IMG/VR virus record: IMGVR_UViG_3300033066_001102
Location: 1-64,000 of that record
Reading direction: 5' to 3' (one strand)
Origin: a virus
Taxonomy: Duplodnaviria; Caudoviricetes
Length of the DNA stretch: 64,000 bases
Within the stretch, counting starts at the first letter, position 1. Every line of letters starts with the position of its first letter. The notes beneath the pieces were generated by a model, which worked only from the letters and a program-made list of their open reading frames with translations, made no database searches and had not been told where the DNA came from. Made by a program: the position numbers and the translations under genes. Positions 1 to 8,554 of this stretch are shown here, piece after piece.

Positions 1-84
1 ACTTTGTTTTTCTGGAATAATACTTTCAAGCCGTCAGATTACTATTCCGCTGATGTTGTCGCTTAATTGCGCCCAACAACCGGC

Positions 85-118
85 TAAACGCAATGCGTTT
101 ATTTTTGGATAAACGCAA
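85..118. promoter_or_regulatory. Operator-like palindrome TAAACGCA-A-TGCGTTTA plus an extra half-site
   Basis: Perfect 8-1-8 inverted repeat at 85-101 and a third TAAACGCAA at 110-118, just upstream of the ATG at 146. Confidence 0.4.
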
Positions 119-145
119 CTATTTTTTAACTTTAACTATCGCAAA

Positions 146-1819
146 ATGAATGTAATTACCGCAAATGCTTCCGAGTTTGTTTTAACATGGAAATCTTTAA
201 GCAAATCAGAATTCATGGAAATTTTAACTCAGGTAAAGGCTATGCCTGGAGCAAAATTCCGAGAAAAAGACAAGGTATGGACCATACCGATAGCAAATGC
301 CAGCGTCCTTTCAATTGTTGATATTGCAGACAGGTACGGATTCGTAATTAATCATGAGGCTCGATACGCTATTGAAAAAGCATCTAATCAAGCAATAGAC
401 CTACTGGACCTGTCGCTCGGCATAAAACCGGTTAACGATAACTTTGGACTGAAAAAAGAGTTATGGCCGTTTCAGAAGGTAGGAGTGCAGTATGGCATCA
501 TTGCAGGAAACCATCTGAACGGTGACGGTCCTGGAACCGGAAAAACAGCTCAGGCCATTGGAGTTATTCATGCTCAGAATCTTTACCCTGTCCTGGTAGT
601 AACTGTTAAACGCAACAAGATCCCTTTTATGAGAGCCTGGCAATCTTATACAGGCATGACAAGTCTGTCTGTGTGGACTAACGAAGCCAGAGGCAATGCT
701 CAAGTGGATATTATCGACTACAATATGATAGATAAACTTTCGGATTACATTAAGAAATACCGAAATTATGCTGCAGTGGTTTTTGATGAAATACACTATT
801 GCAAAAATTTAAGCACGGCCAGATCAAAAGCGTGTTTGGCGATTGCTGAAAATATTCATTACCGCTATGGCTACTCAGGATCATTAATTGTAAATCACAT
901 GCGCGATCTGTATGCCGCGCTTAAAATCATTGGACGTGAAAAGATATTTGGTACAGAATGGGACTTCCTGAACGCATACTGCAATGTAGCGGACAAAGAA
1001 ATTTGGAAGAAGAATCCGGCAGGTGGCAAAGCCATCAAGAAAACCATTAAGGAGTTCACCGGTATGAAGAATGAAAAAACATTGTTCAGTACACTTCGGG
1101 CGAATTGTTACATCGGTAGGTTGCGAAGGGAAGTAGTTGCTGATCTTCCTTCATTGACAGTTGACTATATCGACATTCCATTGGAAGAAGCGGAGATAGC
1201 TGCTGAGATGAAAATTTACAAAAGAGAATTGATTGATATTGCAGAGCAAATGTATGACTCTAAAGAGGGTACCCTGCAATATCAAAGCCTGGAGAAACAA
1301 GCAAGCGGCAACATTTTTAAAATCAGGTCAGCCGTAGGCCGGGCAAAACTGCCCGGAATAAAAGAGTGGCTAATGAATTTCTTGGAGTCTGGAGAGAAGA
1401 TTATTCTTTTTGCGCATCACCAGGACGTTCAATCAGCAGTAGCATCTTGGTTTCCTAATGGGGCTATTATAAAAGCAGGACAATCAGAAATTGAAGCGAT
1501 GAATGCCGTTGACAGGTTCACTAATGATCCGGAATGCAAGACAATCGTGTGCAGCATGATGGCCGGACAGGAGGCGCTCAATCTACAAGCGGCATCGTAT
1601 ATGGCAATCCTGGAACAACCTTGGACACAGAAGGATATCGATCAGATGGTAGGCAAGATGGACCGAGGCGAGCAGCGGAAAGCGATGATGGTGTATCACA
1701 CAGTCCAAATGGATGATGACAGTGTTGATCAGATCATCATGGAGATTCGCAAACTGAAAGCGGATATGGGGCAAATCAATTCAACCAAATATTTCATCAA
1801 TAAATTCTTAAAACTATGA
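146..1819 (+). CDS. SNF2-family helicase with a HARP-like N-terminal domain
   Basis: Walker A GDGPGTGKT, DEIH box, SGS motif III, C-terminal ILFAHH, GQEALNLQ and QMVGKMDR; N-terminal VKAMPGAKF..KVWTIP resembles HARP. Confidence 0.85.
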   Translation: MNVITANASEFVLTWKSLSKSEFMEILTQVKAMPGAKFREKDKVWTIPIANASVLSIVDIADRYGFVINHEARYAIEKASNQAIDLLDLSLGIKPVNDNFGLKKELWPFQKVGVQYGIIAGNHLNGDGPGTGKTAQAIGVIHAQNLYPVLVVTVKRNKIPFMRAWQSYTGMTSLSVWTNEARGNAQVDIIDYNMIDKLSDYIKKYRNYAAVVFDEIHYCKNLSTARSKACLAIAENIHYRYGYSGSLIVNHMRDLYAALKIIGREKIFGTEWDFLNAYCNVADKEIWKKNPAGGKAIKKTIKEFTGMKNEKTLFSTLRANCYIGRLRREVVADLPSLTVDYIDIPLEEAEIAAEMKIYKRELIDIAEQMYDSKEGTLQYQSLEKQASGNIFKIRSAVGRAKLPGIKEWLMNFLESGEKIILFAHHQDVQSAVASWFPNGAIIKAGQSEIEAMNAVDRFTNDPECKTIVCSMMAGQEALNLQAASYMAILEQPWTQKDIDQMVGKMDRGEQRKAMMVYHTVQMDDDSVDQIIMEIRKLKADMGQINSTKYFINKFLKL

Positions 1820-2346
1820 CCGCTGCACAGAAAATTCTCAATAAACAGCTTTACGAGTTAATCAAAGAAAAGTGCGGGACCGTGAAATATTTTTGCACTA
1901 TTTACCACTATAAGTATGATGGCATTATTCGCATTCTCAAAGGCAAATCCGCTACATTCGATCCTGTTTTATATGATATTATGCGAGAACAAGCATTAAA
2001 CTACGCGCCAGCAATTGTTATAGACATCATCCTCCTGCAAGCGATCATAAAAAAACATTGGGGTAGCATTGAAAAATTTTGCACCGATATTCATATTCGG
2101 AAATTAACATTGCTCAGGATGTTTGAGAACGCCAATATAAACGACAAAAAATTTCTTCAAGTTGCTTACAAGGCTTACACTATTTACCTGATGCAAAAAG
2201 AAGACCTCCATGCCGATCTAAATTTAACTCCTGCGAAATATCTCAATCGAAAAGCCAGACGATTGCTAAACATTAGGCAACTGGTCAAAAAAGAAAGGCT
2301 GAGTGACAAGTATCTGGAGCCGCCAATAGAAGGTATTATTATTTAG
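1816..2346 (+). CDS. Hypothetical protein with two HTH-like repeats (possible regulator)
   Basis: ATGA overlap with helicase; repeats LIKEKCGTVKYFC and IIKKHWGSIEKFC; basic C-terminus. Confidence 0.45.
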   Translation: MTAAQKILNKQLYELIKEKCGTVKYFCTIYHYKYDGIIRILKGKSATFDPVLYDIMREQALNYAPAIVIDIILLQAIIKKHWGSIEKFCTDIHIRKLTLLRMFENANINDKKFLQVAYKAYTIYLMQKEDLHADLNLTPAKYLNRKARRLLNIRQLVKKERLSDKYLEPPIEGIII

Positions 2347-2347
2347 T

Positions 2348-2382
2348 AAAAAAAAGCCGGAGGAAATTCCCTCCGGCTTTTT
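2348..2382. terminator. Bidirectional intrinsic terminator
   Basis: AAAAAAAAGCCGGAGG-AAATTC-CCTCCGGCTTTTT between convergent ORFs ending at 2346 and 2402. Confidence 0.85.
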
Positions 2383-2401
2383 CATTTGAGATCCTACAGA
2401 G

Positions 2402-2710
2402 TCAACATCGCAAATTAAAGCAGTCGCTCCCGGGTAATTGTTTGTTTTGGTACTCAGTATTTAAGGCTATCGCATATTGCATTTCTTGCAGGTTTTTATG
2501 GGGATAGCCTAATGGCCTATCCTGCAAAAAACACATTGGCGCATAACTGTTGTAACCGAACTCCACAGTCAATGTCACTGCTTGCGATAAATCCTCAATG
2601 GTTTTCGAAATACCAGGCGGTTCACCCTTTTGAGGCGGACGTTCTGATGCTACGCTCAGTAAAATGCCGCACATGGCGACAATTAGTGAGATTGCGAGAA
2701 TTTTTTTCAT
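2402..2710 (-). CDS. Small exported or membrane-anchored hypothetical protein
   Basis: MKKILAISLIVAMCGILLSVAS signal-peptide pattern; stop codon lies immediately before the bidirectional terminator. Confidence 0.55.
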   Translation of the reverse strand: MKKILAISLIVAMCGILLSVASERPPQKGEPPGISKTIEDLSQAVTLTVEFGYNSYAPMCFLQDRPLGYPHKNLQEMQYAIALNTEYQNKQLPGSDCFNLRC

Positions 2711-2734
2711 GCAGTAATAATACTGTTTTTTTTT

Positions 2735-2775
2735 TAAAAAATAGCCCCGGAATGGGATGCCGGGGCCATTTTTTG
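2735..2775 (-). terminator. Terminator-like hairpin in the leader of the 2402-2710 gene
   Basis: On the minus strand AAAAAATGGCCCCGG-9 nt-CCGGGGCTATTTTTT; the G-U pair favours the minus orientation. Confidence 0.5.
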
Positions 2776-2820
2776 CCGAGTAACCAGCTCGGACTAACCA
2801 CTATGATATGAATGGAGTGA

Positions 2821-2828
2821 CAAAAGTA
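2821..2828 (-). promoter_or_regulatory. Bacteroidota sigma70 -7 element (TACTTTTG)
   Basis: Exact TAnnTTTG match on the minus strand in an AT-rich divergent spacer; the TTG -33 candidate is slightly off-spaced. Confidence 0.45.
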
Positions 2829-2891
2829 CAGTTTTTAAATTTATTTACTGCCAACTATTGTATATTCTAATTTTTAATTTACATTTACCGC

Positions 2892-3140
2892 ATGGAAACG
2901 ACAGCAATAAAGCCAAAATCACTGAAATTAAAGTCATTTGAACTGGAACAAATATTCAACATGATCTTTGATAATCCGGATATTGAAAAATATTTACGGG
3001 AACGGTCAGACAAAAAAACCAGGTTAAAGATTAATGCTGCAAAGCATGCGCGAAAAAGTTTAAAGGAACAGGCAAAAAGAGATTTTCTCAGATCCGTAGG
3101 ATTCGAGGAAGCACAAGTGTCGCTTTGGCGATTGAAATAG
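2892..3140 (+). CDS. Hypothetical basic protein
   Basis: First ORF of the main + strand operon; 82 aa. Confidence 0.55.
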   Translation: METTAIKPKSLKLKSFELEQIFNMIFDNPDIEKYLRERSDKKTRLKINAAKHARKSLKEQAKRDFLRSVGFEEAQVSLWRLK

Positions 3141-3168
3141 ACAAACACTAACACTAACCCATACCACT

Positions 3169-4164
3169 ATGAAATTTACCAACATTCCCGACGAGGAATT
3201 AAAATCCCGCATTGACAGCGAAGGCGCTGTATTCATCGTTGAAAAGATGAAGCACTATCTTGACAGAACACAATTTTTGTCGGCAGGTCTCTTACACAAG
3301 ATGATCACCAGTACGCCAAAGCAGTTCCTATATGAATGGGAACTGGAAGCAATCGCCAGAGATACCGGGGAGATAATTGAGGACAGTCCTGCGCAACGTG
3401 AAGGGTCCGCATTTCATTCTATCTTGCTTGAGCCGGACCAGTTCGCTTATGAGTTTGCCGTACTGGATGAATCACAAAAGCCTGTTCCTGATAAGGACTA
3501 CAGGACAAAAGCCAATGCAGAATGGAAGGCGGCATTTGAAGGCGAATGTCAGATCACCGGAAAAATAATGCTCACATGGGAGCAGTTCTGCATGGTGAAG
3601 AATATAGAGTCAGTTGCAATGGCTGATCCGGATATCTCCAATATTCTTTCACAGGAAGGACTCACAGAAATTTCCATCTACACAAAGCTCGAATGGAATG
3701 GATTTACGTTTTACATCAAGATAAGGCCGGATCGTATTTCTACACGCATGCCGTTCTTTCTGGACGTGAAGACAACAAAATCTGCATCCCCGGAAATGAA
3801 TCGTTTCCCATCGGATGCGGCATCCTTCGGGTATGACATCAAGATGGCATTGTACTATGATGTGATTTCAGAACACATCGTTAAACTGTTCAACCAGTTT
3901 AAAGTTGACAATCCCACTCCGGAATTAAAAAGGTGCCTGATACTGGCATTCGAGAAAACACCACCATACGATTCGATGATCTACAATATAACTACTGACA
4001 CCATTGAAGTAGGACGTTACCGGTATCGTGCGGCATTGGATCGGATTGCCAAGTGTATGACAGATAATAAATGGCCAGGTTATTCATTCCTTGCAGAAGA
4101 AGGCCATCGTGGTATTGTTGATTTAATTTTGCCAGCATGGGTAGGTAAGGAAATTATTCGATAA
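3169..4164 (+). CDS. PD-(D/E)XK exonuclease, RecE/ExoVIII-like
   Basis: GSAFHSILLEP, KIRPDRI, LDVKTT and YDIKMALY motifs. Confidence 0.8.
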   Translation: MKFTNIPDEELKSRIDSEGAVFIVEKMKHYLDRTQFLSAGLLHKMITSTPKQFLYEWELEAIARDTGEIIEDSPAQREGSAFHSILLEPDQFAYEFAVLDESQKPVPDKDYRTKANAEWKAAFEGECQITGKIMLTWEQFCMVKNIESVAMADPDISNILSQEGLTEISIYTKLEWNGFTFYIKIRPDRISTRMPFFLDVKTTKSASPEMNRFPSDAASFGYDIKMALYYDVISEHIVKLFNQFKVDNPTPELKRCLILAFEKTPPYDSMIYNITTDTIEVGRYRYRAALDRIAKCMTDNKWPGYSFLAEEGHRGIVDLILPAWVGKEIIR

Positions 4165-4195
4165 TTTTTCAATTCACAACAGAAATTAACAGACA

Positions 4196-5215
4196 ATGGA
4201 ACCACAAGATTCAACAACTTACGAATCAGTAGAAATTATGCCAGTAGATTCTAAAGTAATCATGGCACAGGAAACAGCATTGATTGACCGGCAGATTGCA
4301 ACTGCCAAGCAATTCCCCCGGAACATCACTAAGGCAACGGAATCAGCAGTAGCAATTGTGTCTTTGGACAAAGAGACAGCTACTACATGCCATTACAGTG
4401 TTCCCAGAGGTGGGAAGCAGATTTCCGGTCCATCCGTTCACCTGGCAAAAATCATTGCACAGCAATGGGGCAACCTTCGCATACAGGCAAGAGTTGTGGA
4501 CATCGATCAAAAGCATGTGACTTCACAAGCAACCTGTTTTGATCTCGAATCAAACATTGCTATTCAGGTGGAAGTTAAACGATCTATTATGACCAAAAAC
4601 GGACGAATGAGTGATGATATGATTACCGTCACCGGCAATGCAGCGAATAGCATTGCGCTCCGTAATGCAGTGTATGCCATCATCCCGCGGGCCGTAATTG
4701 ACAAGGTGTACAATGCTGCCAAAGGAATGATCACTGGTGATGTGTCTGATGCAAACAAACTCATTGCACGGCGCAAGCAGGTCATTGATAAGTGTAAAGA
4801 TGCCTACAACATTACAGAAGCGGAAGTCCTTTCTGCAATCGGGAAAGCATCAATCAACAATGTTACTCCTGATGATATTATTGCGCTCATTGGAATCGGA
4901 ACAGCTATTAATGATGGTGATACAACCATTGATGAAGCATTCCGGAAAAAGAATACCAATAAGCAGCCAATCACAGATGATATATTCACAAAACCCAAAG
5001 AGGAAAAGCAGGAAGAAACTTCAACAGCTGCAGCGCCGGTTGAAATCTCCGACAAGGTGCGTGATTATGTCACAGGAGCAACAGATCCAAACGCATTGAT
5101 CGTGTATGTGAACAGTCTTACACACCTGCATGGACATACTGAATTCGTTAAACTGGTGACAGACAAGATTAAGACGTTTCCGAAAAAGGATGTCACCGAA
5201 AAACTCAAATTTTAA
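4196..5215 (+). CDS. Conserved phage protein, candidate recombination or ssDNA-annealing partner
   Basis: IDRQIATAKQFPR...GPSVHLA N-terminal domain; located between the RecE-like nuclease and the SMC-like ATPase; function inferred from position. Confidence 0.45.
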   Translation: MEPQDSTTYESVEIMPVDSKVIMAQETALIDRQIATAKQFPRNITKATESAVAIVSLDKETATTCHYSVPRGGKQISGPSVHLAKIIAQQWGNLRIQARVVDIDQKHVTSQATCFDLESNIAIQVEVKRSIMTKNGRMSDDMITVTGNAANSIALRNAVYAIIPRAVIDKVYNAAKGMITGDVSDANKLIARRKQVIDKCKDAYNITEAEVLSAIGKASINNVTPDDIIALIGIGTAINDGDTTIDEAFRKKNTNKQPITDDIFTKPKEEKQEETSTAAAPVEISDKVRDYVTGATDPNALIVYVNSLTHLHGHTEFVKLVTDKIKTFPKKDVTEKLKF

Positions 5216-5244
5216 TTTTCTAACCAATACCTAAACTTCATCCC

Positions 5245-5550
5245 ATGAAAAAAACAACAGTCACAACCATCGCAGCGCTTATGCTATTTGCCATGAGCGT
5301 ATTAACGACAGATGCATTCGGACAATGCAAGCCAACCATTCATTACGCAGGGTGCAACATTGAAGTTGAACAGCCATACCTGTACAGCACATTTCAGTGG
5401 TACAGAAACAACGTCCCTGTTTACCAGGGTAACGTCTTTGCGATTGAAGCAATAGTCGGCGTTTACTATTGCATTACAACCACCACTGATGGATGCACCA
5501 GTAAATCACGTCCATACAATGTCACTGTGTTTTGTGGAGGCAAACAGTAA
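5245..5550 (+). CDS. Secreted single Ig-like domain protein
   Basis: Signal peptide ending AFG|Q; FQWYRNN...GVYYCITTTTDGCTS Ig-like pattern. Confidence 0.55.
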   Translation: MKKTTVTTIAALMLFAMSVLTTDAFGQCKPTIHYAGCNIEVEQPYLYSTFQWYRNNVPVYQGNVFAIEAIVGVYYCITTTTDGCTSKSRPYNVTVFCGGKQ

Positions 5551-5582
5551 TTATTTAACCAACAAAAATTAATAGTACCACT

Positions 5583-6929
5583 ATGAGTAAAATCAAGACC
5601 ATTGAAGTCACCAATCTTAAAGCATTGGACTTCGCAACACTTAATCTGAATGGATGCAGCGTCATCGTGACGGGCAAAAACGACTCAGGAAAATCAACAC
5701 TCCTTCGAGGCACCATTGACAGGATTCGGGGCATCAAGCCGTCCGTTATTGTCAAAGAGGGACAAAAGCACGGGAAGTCATTCATCGAACTGACCAGTGG
5801 TGAGAAATTTGAATGGGTGTTTGCTGATGGGAAGGAAGACAAACTTTATTTCATCACCGACAAACAGATGAAAATTAATGCTACCAGGGCAATCTGCGAC
5901 CGTTTCTTTCCACCGGCATTTGACATTGATGAATGGTTGTCTGCTGCGCCGCAAAAACAGGCTTTAATGTTGCAAAAGTTAATAGGGCTCGACTTTACGG
6001 ATATAAATAATCGCTACCGATCTGCTTTCGAGGCTCGTACTGTAGCAAACAGAAACCTGGAAACGGAGCGTGTAAAGTTTAATGCCATGCCGGATGATCT
6101 TATTCCAATGGAAATTGTAAGCGCTACTGATATTCTGCAAGATATTGAAGCAGTGCGGGAAAAACTGAATAACCAATACCTAACAAATAAGCAACACAAC
6201 GAAGCGCTACGCGCTAAATGGCAAAAGGAAAATACGGAGCAGATGGAGCAAGTGCGTATGTTCAATGCAATGCAATCACAACGGAAAGAATCCCTGCAAA
6301 AAGCAATTAACGCACATGAGGTTTTAATAGAATCGGGATATACCGGCGACGAAGTTTCTAAATGGTTGAAAACACTCACTAATTCGATTGAACCTTTAAA
6401 ATTATTTACTCCACCACCTCAACCTGAGTTCATCGAAGAAATGCCGGATGATGCTGAACTTAAAAACCTTAACACCTTACTTGCTGATCTGCAGGAGCAC
6501 AACGAAAAAGCTCGCAAGTTCATGGAATATGAACAGCAAAAAGAAAAAGTGAAAACCGCATTGGAAAAGGCCGAAGAAGCTAACACACTGGTTAAATCCA
6601 TAGAACTGGAAAAAGAGGAACTGACCAAAACGGCAAATCTTCCTGATGGCATCGCATTCACCGATGATGGCGGTATCAGTATCAATGGCTTCCCAATCGC
6701 TGATGCGCAGATCAGCACGTCCCTAAAGTATATCACGGCGCTGCGGTTAGGATCCTTGAAGATGGGTGAAGTAGATGCATTGTATTTCGATGCATCGTAT
6801 CTGGACCATGCAAGCTATAATGGTGTTCAGAAATGGGCAGACGAACACAACCTGCAGCTGCTTGTCGAACGCCCGGATTGGGACGGCGGCCCATTGAAGT
6901 ATGAAATCATTCAATCACTTAACCAATAA
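5583..6929 (+). CDS. SMC/SbcC-like coiled-coil ATPase
   Basis: Walker A GKNDSGKS at the N-terminus, long coiled coil, signature-like ISTS and Walker B LYFDASYLD at the C-terminus. Confidence 0.7.
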   Translation: MSKIKTIEVTNLKALDFATLNLNGCSVIVTGKNDSGKSTLLRGTIDRIRGIKPSVIVKEGQKHGKSFIELTSGEKFEWVFADGKEDKLYFITDKQMKINATRAICDRFFPPAFDIDEWLSAAPQKQALMLQKLIGLDFTDINNRYRSAFEARTVANRNLETERVKFNAMPDDLIPMEIVSATDILQDIEAVREKLNNQYLTNKQHNEALRAKWQKENTEQMEQVRMFNAMQSQRKESLQKAINAHEVLIESGYTGDEVSKWLKTLTNSIEPLKLFTPPPQPEFIEEMPDDAELKNLNTLLADLQEHNEKARKFMEYEQQKEKVKTALEKAEEANTLVKSIELEKEELTKTANLPDGIAFTDDGGISINGFPIADAQISTSLKYITALRLGSLKMGEVDALYFDASYLDHASYNGVQKWADEHNLQLLVERPDWDGGPLKYEIIQSLNQ

Positions 6930-6940
6930 AATCTACTACT

Positions 6941-7696
6941 ATGATAAAACCACTAAGGCCGCTGGCCTTCCTTGACATTGAATCCACTGGACTTAATCGG
7001 GAGAATGACCGGATCGTTGAATTGGCAATAATTGTGTCTGATCCCCCCAAAAAATATCTGTTTAGATTTAATCCAGGTATTCCTATTCCTGCGGAAGCAA
7101 CTGCCATCCATGGCATATCTGATGCTGATGTAGCGAATGAAAATACATTTACTGCTTTGTCGCAAGCTATTTTTGAAATTTTGTTACCCTGTGATATTGT
7201 AGGCTTTAATTCCAACAGTTTCGACCTGCCGATGTTGTACCATGAATTTATGCGGGCAGGTATTACCTGGGATTACACAAAGCACAACTTCATTGATGTT
7301 GGCAATATCTTTAAAATTCAAGAGCCGCGCACACTTTCCGCTGCAGTGAAGTTCTACACAGGTGCTAACCATGAAGATGCGCACGGTGCCCTTGCTGATG
7401 CAATTGCAACGGCAGATGTATTTGCTGCCATGCTTACCAAATATGAAGGAACACTACCCTCCACTATTGAAGAATTAGCGTTGTTTTCTAACTTCGGAAA
7501 GAAGATGTTAGATATTTCCGGGAAGTTTGCGACCGATGATAATGGTGAGGTGATTTTCAATTTCGGACCCCACAGGGGAAAGCGGGCGAAGGATGAAATC
7601 AGTTTCCTTCAGTGGATGGTGTACAAAGCATCATTCCCACCGGACACCGTGAAAATAGCCATGCAGTTTTTAAACGAACCAGACGACATTTTCTAA
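6941..7696 (+). CDS. DEDDh 3'-5' exonuclease (DnaQ/epsilon-like)
   Basis: FLDIESTG, GFNSNSFD and HGALAD motifs. Confidence 0.9.
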   Translation: MIKPLRPLAFLDIESTGLNRENDRIVELAIIVSDPPKKYLFRFNPGIPIPAEATAIHGISDADVANENTFTALSQAIFEILLPCDIVGFNSNSFDLPMLYHEFMRAGITWDYTKHNFIDVGNIFKIQEPRTLSAAVKFYTGANHEDAHGALADAIATADVFAAMLTKYEGTLPSTIEELALFSNFGKKMLDISGKFATDDNGEVIFNFGPHRGKRAKDEISFLQWMVYKASFPPDTVKIAMQFLNEPDDIF

Positions 7697-7965
7697 TGGA
7701 ACAAACATTCTCAACAGGGGACACCGTGACTATCTCATACGATACCGAGTCCATCGAACCCATTAATCGTGTATTAATAAGTCTTGATAGAACTATTCCA
7801 GGCCATACTCAGGATATTACCAATCTGATCAAACAATCACCACGAGCGCGTGATTATATTGAAAAACTTATCAGAGAACATGCCAGGCAAGTTATCGAAG
7901 ACAATAATCAATACTTGGTTGATGAATACAAATTTTTCAAAAATCATTATTCATTCATTAAATAA
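7696..7965 (+). CDS. Hypothetical protein (start revised to the ATG at 7696)
   Basis: TAATG overlap with the exonuclease stop; MEQTFSTG start is more plausible than 7612. Confidence 0.55.
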   Translation: MEQTFSTGDTVTISYDTESIEPINRVLISLDRTIPGHTQDITNLIKQSPRARDYIEKLIREHARQVIEDNNQYLVDEYKFFKNHYSFIK

Positions 7966-7971
7966 CATACT

Positions 7972-8190
7972 ATGAAAAAGAACTCAAAAACTCAACACTC
8001 CGGTAAAGTGAAATTCTTTGATGCAAAAAAGGGTTTCGGATTCATTATTGACGACAATGAACAGCGTGAGTATTTCTTCCACGTAACAGCTCTTGTTGAT
8101 GCTGTAAATAAGGGTGATGAAGTAACTTATATTGTCGGTCCCGGTAAAAAGGGTGATGCAGCATTCTCCATTGAAAAAGTGAATACATAA
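7972..8190 (+). CDS. Cold-shock domain protein
   Basis: GKVKFFDAKKGFGFI (RNP1) and YFFH (RNP2); 72 aa. Confidence 0.9.
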   Translation: MKKNSKTQHSGKVKFFDAKKGFGFIIDDNEQREYFFHVTALVDAVNKGDEVTYIVGPGKKGDAAFSIEKVNT

Positions 8191-8208
8191 CCCCTAAAAC
8201 TAAAGACT

Positions 8209-8379
8209 ATGAGTAAATCAACTGATGATAAAAATATGATTCCAGACATCGAATACGCTGAAGGTATGGATGCCCGCTTGCAAAACAAGACTTCTTTAGA
8301 AAACCCATATCCTCCAGGTTCTCCAGAGTTTAACCGATGGTTAGCCGGTTACCTCGATGCTGATGAAGATTTCAGTTAA
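8209..8379 (+). CDS. Ribosome modulation factor (RMF/CrpP)-like small protein, 56 aa, absent from the ORF track
   Basis: Hand translation MSKSTDDKNMIPDIEYAEGMDARLQNKTSLENPYPPGSPEFNRWLAGYLDADEDFS; Y.EG..A...NPY...W..GY..A pattern; ACTATG start. Confidence 0.65.
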   Translation: MSKSTDDKNMIPDIEYAEGMDARLQNKTSLENPYPPGSPEFNRWLAGYLDADEDFS

Positions 8380-8418
8380 TTTTTCTTCAACCGTATACAG
8401 CAAATAATAACTGTTGTT

Positions 8419-8426
8419 TATGTTTG
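8419..8426 (+). promoter_or_regulatory. Possible -7 promoter element (TATGTTTG) upstream of the initiator
   Basis: Exact TAnnTTTG in a 175-bp spacer; no clear -33 element. Confidence 0.3.
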
Positions 8427-8554
8427 AAGTGGCAAAAAGATGTTACTAATGGTTTCTACGATCATTTAATCAAGATAAAGCGGTCTTCAGGGAAAAGAAT
8501 TCCTACCTACGGGTACGTCTTTTTGCCGCCCTGCTGACCGCCCATTTTTATACC

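Noticed and set aside
2512-2811. 99-aa + strand ORF across the hairpin region
   Set aside because: Antisense to a better-supported signal-peptide gene and runs through homopolymer and hairpin DNA
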